Assembly: GCA_014729275.1 (NCBI GenBank)
Contig: WJKE01000066.1
Coordinates: forward strand, 1-42,239
DNA from: Candidatus Peregrinibacteria bacterium
Lineage (GTDB): Bacteria; Patescibacteriota; Gracilibacteria; UBA1369; LOWO2-01-FULL-3
Direction: 5' to 3'
Length of the DNA stretch: 42,239 nucleotides
Shown: positions 36,444 through 42,239 of the stretch, one piece after another
Layout: each line of letters begins with the position of its first letter
Position numbering within the stretch: the first letter of the stretch is position 1
Program-made: the position numbers and the translations under genes
Notes under the pieces: model-generated
The model's input: only the letters and a program-made list of their open reading frames with translations
What the model was told of the DNA's origin: nothing
The model's database searches: none

Positions 36444-37067
36444 TCATAGTTTTCTTGCTTTTACAATCTGATTTATCCATGTCTTCCGGTAATAAATAAA
36501 CTTTTCATCCTCAATTTTTAAAAAAGCTTCCTCCAGCGCATTTATTACATTTTGAGGGCGATGATAATAAGAATGAATTTTAATTAATTCCCTATTGCCA
36601 ACATCAACATTTGGCGCTTTTCTTTGATTAATGTTATTCAGCACAAGCATTCCTTCGGTTTTCAAAACTCTGTAAGCCTCATTAAAACTTTCTCGTAAAT
36701 TTTTTAAATGAACAATTAAAAAAGACATAAATACAATATCAAAAGAATCATCCTCAAATGGCAAAGCATCACTACTGCCCCTAACAGTTTTTATTGAGGG
36801 AAACTTCTTCTTATGAACCTCAAGCATCCCCTCAGATACATCCATACAAATTATTTCAGCATCTTTATTGAGTAATTTTGCCGTATCTCTACCTGTCCCA
36901 CAACCAATATTTAAAATTTTCTTACCCCTGACATTCCCAAGCATTTGCAAAAATTCCCCATCATCAAAAGTATCCAGAAGCCCGGATTTTTTATCATAAT
37001 TTGCACTATAAGCGTCATAACCAGCTTCAGAATCATATACACCTTTAGTCTTTTTCTTCGAGCCCAT
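36444..37067 (-). CDS. class I SAM-dependent methyltransferase
   Basis: ILNIGCGTG, D.SEGML, LPFEDDSFD, RVLK..G. Confidence 0.9.
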   Translation of the reverse strand: MGSKKKTKGVYDSEAGYDAYSANYDKKSGLLDTFDDGEFLQMLGNVRGKKILNIGCGTGRDTAKLLNKDAEIICMDVSEGMLEVHKKKFPSIKTVRGSSDALPFEDDSFDIVFMSFLIVHLKNLRESFNEAYRVLKTEGMLVLNNINQRKAPNVDVGNRELIKIHSYYHRPQNVINALEEAFLKIEDEKFIYYRKTWINQIVKARKL

Positions 37068-37128
37068 AAAATCAAATTTATTAATTATAAAAAATATTAT
37101 ATAATAATACTAAATCTAATCAAAGCTT

Positions 37129-37500
37129 ATGGGAACAGGAAAAACTTATTCATTTAAAGAAATTGATTCAACCGCTGCCGCAACACGTGATCAGGCCTTT
37201 CAGGGAATTATCGACAGGATAGTAAGTGCAGGAGGCGAAATAATTGAAGATGAAGAAAGCCCTTTATACACAGATATTGGGGAACAGGAATTTGAAGTCG
37301 GATACGAGAGAACAATAAGATTCGCATTAAACAAAATGGATTTTTTATTGACGAGGAAAGTTGAAACCGCAAGATTATCCGGATCGGGAAGACAAAAAAA
37401 CCTTGAAGACCTGGATTCACCAAGAATAACCATTAATTTAAAACGCAAAGAACAAACCTCAAACAATTGGCAGGTAGTAGATCTGGATGACTTAATCTAA
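37129..37500 (+). CDS. hypothetical protein
   Basis: 123-aa ORF with globular-protein composition. Confidence 0.7.
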   Translation: MGTGKTYSFKEIDSTAAATRDQAFQGIIDRIVSAGGEIIEDEESPLYTDIGEQEFEVGYERTIRFALNKMDFLLTRKVETARLSGSGRQKNLEDLDSPRITINLKRKEQTSNNWQVVDLDDLI

Positions 37501-37517
37501 TTGCAGCTCAGGTCTAT

Positions 37518-37976
37518 TTATATTTGAGATAATATTTGTTTTGCAATAAATTCCATTTGCTCTTCTTCCTCATCAGTATTATGGTCAAATCCAAATAAGT
37601 GAAGAATTCCATGAACAAGTAATAGTTTTATCTCGTCCTTCAAAGTGTGTTTATGAGTTTTAGCTTGAGACAAAGCAGTATCCACGGAAATAAAAATATC
37701 TCCCGCAATCACTTCGCCTTCCTCTTTTTTAAAATCCGTAACCTCAAGGTAGGCAAAGGCAATTACATCGGTCGGTTTATCATTTCCCCTATATTCTTTA
37801 TTCAATTCCTGAATTCTGGCATCATCCACCAATACAATATCAATTAATCCATCCCGCCCCTCCAGATAGGATTCAACTTTATCCTCAATTACTTTATAAG
37901 CCCCAAAAATAATCTCCTCAAAAAATTTTTTGGGAATCTTTTGCGGAACTTCTTTTATCAATTCAAATTTCAACAT
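37518..37976 (-). CDS. ybeY: rRNA maturation endoribonuclease YbeY
   Basis: LN.EYRG.DKPTDV.AF, GDIFIS, HGILHLFGFDH. Confidence 0.97.
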   Translation of the reverse strand: MLKFELIKEVPQKIPKKFFEEIIFGAYKVIEDKVESYLEGRDGLIDIVLVDDARIQELNKEYRGNDKPTDVIAFAYLEVTDFKKEEGEVIAGDIFISVDTALSQAKTHKHTLKDEIKLLLVHGILHLFGFDHNTDEEEEQMEFIAKQILSQI

Positions 37977-37977
37977 A

Positions 37978-38949
37978 TTATTTTAGCCAAAGATTAGAGT
38001 ATATTTCCCATTCCTTTTCACTTATTTCCCAATAAGGATAAATAGATACACCACTAAAGCTCTTTTCATTACTTCTGATATTGTTTAGGCCTGCAATTAC
38101 TCCGTTTAAACCCGTTTCAATATTTTCGATTCCGGGATCAAAGCCCTCTTTTTCGTCTTCATAAGCGGGTATACCAATAAAAACTTCAATATCATCAAAA
38201 AGTGAAGTAACACGAATAGTTTGTTCTTTTACAATCCATTCATAGAGATTTTTTGAGTTTATACCGGTATCATAGACCATAACCACAATTTGATCTGCAT
38301 ATTTAGCCACATTCCTATAATTAACTTCAGTATTGTAATTCCTATATTCATGAATATTTTCAGTCATCCACAAAAAAACAGAAGGAATAAATTCAGCCAA
38401 TGCAACAGATATCTTCTTATCATCTTTCAGCCCTTCATCGGTTTTTCTAAGAACCTCAATAAAAGCCAGATCCTCATCCCAAACAGGCTCAATATCAAAG
38501 TGAATTCCATCAAAACCTGCAAGATCCGTAAAAATTTTAGTCTGCCTAACAATATTATCCTGAATCAGCTCATCTTCAAGATCAATCTCTGAACGAATTT
38601 GCCCCAGCCATGCCTGATATTCAATGTTTTCATTAAACTTCCTTGCGCTCTCCAAAAACTTGAATGCATATCTGTAAGTTGCATGGTGAACAGTCCCATC
38701 ATTATTAAATGGCCCACAATGAACAAAGACAGTATTTATTCGGTTATCTTCAAGAGTTCTTACAAACTGCTGAATTTCCCCATCGGATTTTTGCTCGCCA
38801 ACCCATTCATGGCCAACCCAAACAGCATTATGGCCGGAATTATAATAAGAGCCGGGCTGATCAGCCGAAATTCCAATAACAAAAATCCACACAATAATGC
38901 TAAAAATTATTATTAAACCCAGTGTTGTAATTTTCCAAAGGCTTGGCAT
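37978..38949 (-). CDS. membrane-anchored GH18-like glycoside hydrolase
   Basis: N-terminal TM helix; GFDGIHFDIEP; VM.YD; IGIPAY. Confidence 0.7.
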   Translation of the reverse strand: MPSLWKITTLGLIIIFSIIVWIFVIGISADQPGSYYNSGHNAVWVGHEWVGEQKSDGEIQQFVRTLEDNRINTVFVHCGPFNNDGTVHHATYRYAFKFLESARKFNENIEYQAWLGQIRSEIDLEDELIQDNIVRQTKIFTDLAGFDGIHFDIEPVWDEDLAFIEVLRKTDEGLKDDKKISVALAEFIPSVFLWMTENIHEYRNYNTEVNYRNVAKYADQIVVMVYDTGINSKNLYEWIVKEQTIRVTSLFDDIEVFIGIPAYEDEKEGFDPGIENIETGLNGVIAGLNNIRSNEKSFSGVSIYPYWEISEKEWEIYSNLWLK

Positions 38950-38950
38950 T

Positions 38951-39478
38951 TTATTTTAGTTTTTTTAATATTTCATACACCACTATCCCATAACAAGTAG
39001 CAACATTCAAAGAATTTGCACGCCCATGCATGGGAACCTCAATAGCATTATCTATTTCTGCCATTAATTCATCCGAAATCCCCTCAACTTCATGGCCTAA
39101 AACAATGCAAACCGGAGCCTCATAATTAAACTTGTCATAAGGTTCGCTGCCATGCGCAATCTCAATCGCAACCACTTGCACGCCCTTTTCCTTAAGCTCC
39201 CGCACAACTTCAACTGCATCCTCCCTGTATTCAAAAGGAACCAATTCCTCCGCGCCCAATGCTGTTTTTGAAATTTCCTTTCTTGGAGGAGCGCCGGTAA
39301 TCCCGCACAAATAAAGTTTTTCAATCATTGCGGCATCACTTGTCCGAAATATTGCCCCCACATTATACAAGCTTCGAACATTTTCCAATATCACATAAAT
39401 CGGGTGCCTTTTGGCATTTGCCACATCTTCTATAGAAGGTTTTTTTGACTGAACTTCTTCAAAACTGAGTTTACGCAT
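38951..39478 (-). CDS. TrmH/SpoU family RNA methyltransferase
   Basis: ENVRS.YNVGAIFRT, KTALGAE, GHEVEG, PM.G..NSLNVA. Confidence 0.93.
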   Translation of the reverse strand: MRKLSFEEVQSKKPSIEDVANAKRHPIYVILENVRSLYNVGAIFRTSDAAMIEKLYLCGITGAPPRKEISKTALGAEELVPFEYREDAVEVVRELKEKGVQVVAIEIAHGSEPYDKFNYEAPVCIVLGHEVEGISDELMAEIDNAIEVPMHGRANSLNVATCYGIVVYEILKKLK

Positions 39479-41549
39479 CTTGAGAATTAATAAACTTAAG
39501 AGTCTTATTTACCAGATCTTCCATTTCATTTAAAGAAATATTTTCATCAGGATAAAAATTTTCATTCTCAGATACAAGATTATTCATTTTGGCAAACAAA
39601 GTATATCGGGGATACCACCACATATGATCAATTCTGGAATCAACATCGCTAAAGCCGGACTCTTGTGAATATATTGCACTTTCACTACCCAGTTCATTCA
39701 CCAATTCAAATCTATACTTGTTCTCAACTAATTTATTAGCTCCTAAAATCACTTTTAAGGCCTGGATTTTTGTGATGGGGGCATCTGGCATAAACGGACT
39801 ATCCGGAAGGCTCATAAAGCCATTTATAATACCCAGCATTGTTGCTGTATTAATTGCCTCGTAATATTTATGATCACTTTTCACATCAGGATAAAGAATA
39901 ATTTCAGGACTAAAACTTATATCGTCATAAGAAGACTGTGCCATAAAATCAAACATGCAAAAATCAATGTAGTCATAGCAACTTTGAAGCAATCCGGAAT
40001 TTTTGGATTTTAGATCAAATTTATCAATAACATAAGATACAAATTTCCCCCGACTAACTTCATCCCCCGGATTTAAACCGGTTTCAGAGTAATATTTGGG
40101 ATTTCCAATAGGTCTACCATTACCAAAAATCAAATAAACCCGGCCGGAATTAATTGCGCCTTCCTTATCACTATACCTTGCCCCAACAGCAAGATCCAAA
40201 AATCCATCATTATTAAAATCCAGAGTTTCCAGACTATAGCCAAACCAGTCATCAGCTTTTTCACCGCTGATAATTGAGTTAACAGCAAGTAGATTATCCC
40301 GATTGGTATATGCAATATAGGTATCACCTGAATCTTCACTTATTGGATATCCCACACCGGGAGCTCCAATTATTAAATCTGCCTTTAAATCTTTATTTAT
40401 GTCGCTTAATAGTACTTTAGCCCCGGACTTTGCTTCGGTGCTTTCCCTTTGAATAATTTTTGGACGATGCGCAAGCGAATAAAGCTCTTCGCCTCCATAA
40501 AATATTGTAGTTTTCCCGGAGGCAGAGGTGGAAGAATAAGGAAAAGAACTCACAGCCAAATCCTCAATTCCATCTCCATCAATATCTCCAATATCAGTTG
40601 AAAACCCAAACCATTCATTATTTGAAGAGCCACTTATTGCAAAACTCGGAGACTTAATAATGGGGTCAGTATGTGCAAAATCCTTATAAATATATACTTT
40701 TCCGCTATCATTTAGTTCAGAGCCATCAGCTCTAAATGCTCCAATTGCAATTGATATATTGTTGTCAGAGGTAAGTATTCCCGAACTAATTGTTGAGCCA
40801 AATTTTTCCTTTTCATTTTGCCCATAAAAAGTTAAATCTGCGCTATTTTCTCTCAACACATATATATCACTGTATTTTTCAGAAAAACTTCCGTTAAAAC
40901 CGTACACAACACCTGTTTTTCCAATACCGGGGGAGAGAGCATTGGGAGCTCCAACCAAAAGATCATCAATTGAATCATTATTAATATCCTTACTTAAAAG
41001 ACTTAATCCAAAGGAATCGCCATGACTGTGGCCGACAAGTAAAAAATCAGGTTTATAAGAATTAAAATCAAACTTTTTCCTTTTCCACTCAGCTTTACCA
41101 TAAACCGTATAAACCTTACCCGGCCTATAATCGGAATAATATGCATTATAAGCACCTATAGCTAAATCGTCGATCCCATCACCATTGTAATCACCGCTGG
41201 TAATTGATGTTCCAAGTTGATCCCCGCTAAAGGCCCCAAAAAATTCCAAATCCGGGTCTTCAGCAAAATAACCGGTTCCTGATCCAAAATAGACAGATAC
41301 TTTACCTGCCCAATCTTTCATATCCGGAGTATAAAAGGGTGAGCCTATGATTAAGTCATTTATGCCATCGTCATTTAAATCTCCCTTACTTAAACTTGCA
41401 CCAAATTGCTCGCCGGGAGAGTTTGTGGATAAAGTTTTAATTCCTTTATAGGTGGAAACATTTGATTCATAAATAGTTTCACCAGCTATGGCCAGGTTAG
41501 GTATTAATATAAATATAACAAAAAAAATATATAATCGTTTCATTTTCAT
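39471..41549 (-). CDS. FG-GAP (integrin-alpha beta-propeller) repeat protein with SLH-like C-terminus
   Basis: About 7 repeats of FG.S...GD.N.DG..DL.IGAP...G.VY; signal peptide from MKMKRLYIFF (start re-called); SLH-like tail. Confidence 0.85.
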   Translation of the reverse strand: MKMKRLYIFFVIFILIPNLAIAGETIYESNVSTYKGIKTLSTNSPGEQFGASLSKGDLNDDGINDLIIGSPFYTPDMKDWAGKVSVYFGSGTGYFAEDPDLEFFGAFSGDQLGTSITSGDYNGDGIDDLAIGAYNAYYSDYRPGKVYTVYGKAEWKRKKFDFNSYKPDFLLVGHSHGDSFGLSLLSKDINNDSIDDLLVGAPNALSPGIGKTGVVYGFNGSFSEKYSDIYVLRENSADLTFYGQNEKEKFGSTISSGILTSDNNISIAIGAFRADGSELNDSGKVYIYKDFAHTDPIIKSPSFAISGSSNNEWFGFSTDIGDIDGDGIEDLAVSSFPYSSTSASGKTTIFYGGEELYSLAHRPKIIQRESTEAKSGAKVLLSDINKDLKADLIIGAPGVGYPISEDSGDTYIAYTNRDNLLAVNSIISGEKADDWFGYSLETLDFNNDGFLDLAVGARYSDKEGAINSGRVYLIFGNGRPIGNPKYYSETGLNPGDEVSRGKFVSYVIDKFDLKSKNSGLLQSCYDYIDFCMFDFMAQSSYDDISFSPEIILYPDVKSDHKYYEAINTATMLGIINGFMSLPDSPFMPDAPITKIQALKVILGANKLVENKYRFELVNELGSESAIYSQESGFSDVDSRIDHMWWYPRYTLFAKMNNLVSENENFYPDENISLNEMEDLVNKTLKFINSQDA

Positions 41550-41615
41550 AGTAATAGTAACAGTATAGGTTTCATTCCTAATTATCCGCATTAGGGAAAA
41601 CAATGTAAAGCTTAT

Positions 41616-42239
41616 TATCGAGTTAGACAACAATACGCCCGCGTGACTAGACTTCAGTAGACATTTCATACTAGAATGTCGACTGGACATTAATAAAAAT
41701 CCATGAAAGATGTCGACTATACATTGACCAGGAAAGACGCTAGTAAACTGCTAAAAGTGTCGGTGAGGACAGTAGACAGATATATTAAGTCAGGGCAGTT
41801 GTCTGCTCTTCAGGAGGATAGAAATGTGCTCCTTAGTAAGGATGAAGTTAAAGATTTTAAAAAGCGAAAGGGTAAAATTAGGCCTTCCCCTAAAGGAAAA
41901 AAGGAGGTGTGTCCAGTGGACAAAAAGGTGATGTCGAGTCGACAAAAGGGTGTCTACTCAGATGAGGTTAGTGCTGCAGTAAGGCAAGATCGGGTAGACA
42001 TTGTAATTCCGGGTGAGGACCTGGAGGAGGAGCAATCAACGCACAAAAAAATATTTTTCGAGCAGGTTGCAGGCCTTGAATTAAAGGAGAAGATAGAAAA
42101 GACCTTAGCTCAAAAATTTAAAGAATGTCCACTCGACACTAAGAAAGGTGAACGCGAAAAATTATGTCCAGTGGACAGTAAAATGTCTACTGGTTTAGGG
42201 GTATCTGAAAAAGAAAAAGTGGAGATAGAGGGTTTGTCC
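41616..42239. repeat. array of 13-bp palindromes TGTCNASTNGACA
   Basis: Exact matches at 41677, 41910, 41932, 42126 and 42165; one mismatch at 41711; partial sites near 41616, 41641, 41651, 41766, 41951, 41988 and 42184. Confidence 0.9.
41703..42239 (+). CDS. HTH_17/excisionase-type DNA-binding protein (partial, runs off the window; absent from the ORF track)
   Basis: MKDVDYTLTRKDASKLLKVSVRTVDRYIKSGQLSA...VLLSKDEV; 179 open codons to the window end. Confidence 0.85.
   Translation, partial: MKDVDYTLTRKDASKLLKVSVRTVDRYIKSGQLSALQEDRNVLLSKDEVKDFKKRKGKIRPSPKGKKEVCPVDKKVMSSRQKGVYSDEVSAAVRQDRVDIVIPGEDLEEEQSTHKKIFFEQVAGLELKEKIEKTLAQKFKECPLDTKKGEREKLCPVDSKMSTGLGVSEKEKVEIEGLS

Noticed and set aside
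41550-41690. 47-aa N-terminal extension of the FG-GAP ORF
   Set aside because: The signal peptide begins at 41549/41543; the extension spans the divergent promoter and palindrome region
1-42239. Alternative genetic code 25 (UGA=Gly)
   Set aside because: Genes are full length under code 11, murD and rnj end in TGA, and RF2 is present

Overview
AT-rich bacterial chromosome segment. Gene content suggests Patescibacteria/CPR, probably Peregrinibacteria-like (inference): a TrbC/VirB2-like pilin, many SLH surface proteins, a DUF2339 + TSP3 pair and few Shine-Dalgarno sites. TGA is used as a stop and RF2 is present, so the code is 11. Housekeeping genes: murB, murD, clpB with a perfect CIRCE, rnj, prfB, def, ybeY, a TrmH methylase and three tRNAs (Thr-TGT, Pro-TGG, Pro-GGG). 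These are interspersed with surface/glycosylation genes and orphan ORFs. Most notable unexplained structure: (1) at the right edge, an HTH_17/excisionase-type gene missing from the ORF track, whose upstream region and coding sequence carry an array of 13-bp palindromes TGTCNASTNGACA in different reading frames, a candidate single-protein centromere/autoregulatory system; (2) a ~165-bp intergenic element with terminal inverted repeats in three copies, one beside an HNH nuclease gene whose promoter region shares its core motif; (3) two divergently placed large membrane proteins sharing a LysM-like domain with an insertion; (4) paired CGTGCCGGCACG palindromes upstream of orphan-gene promoters; (5) local duplications at tRNA-Pro and at the prfB 3' end.
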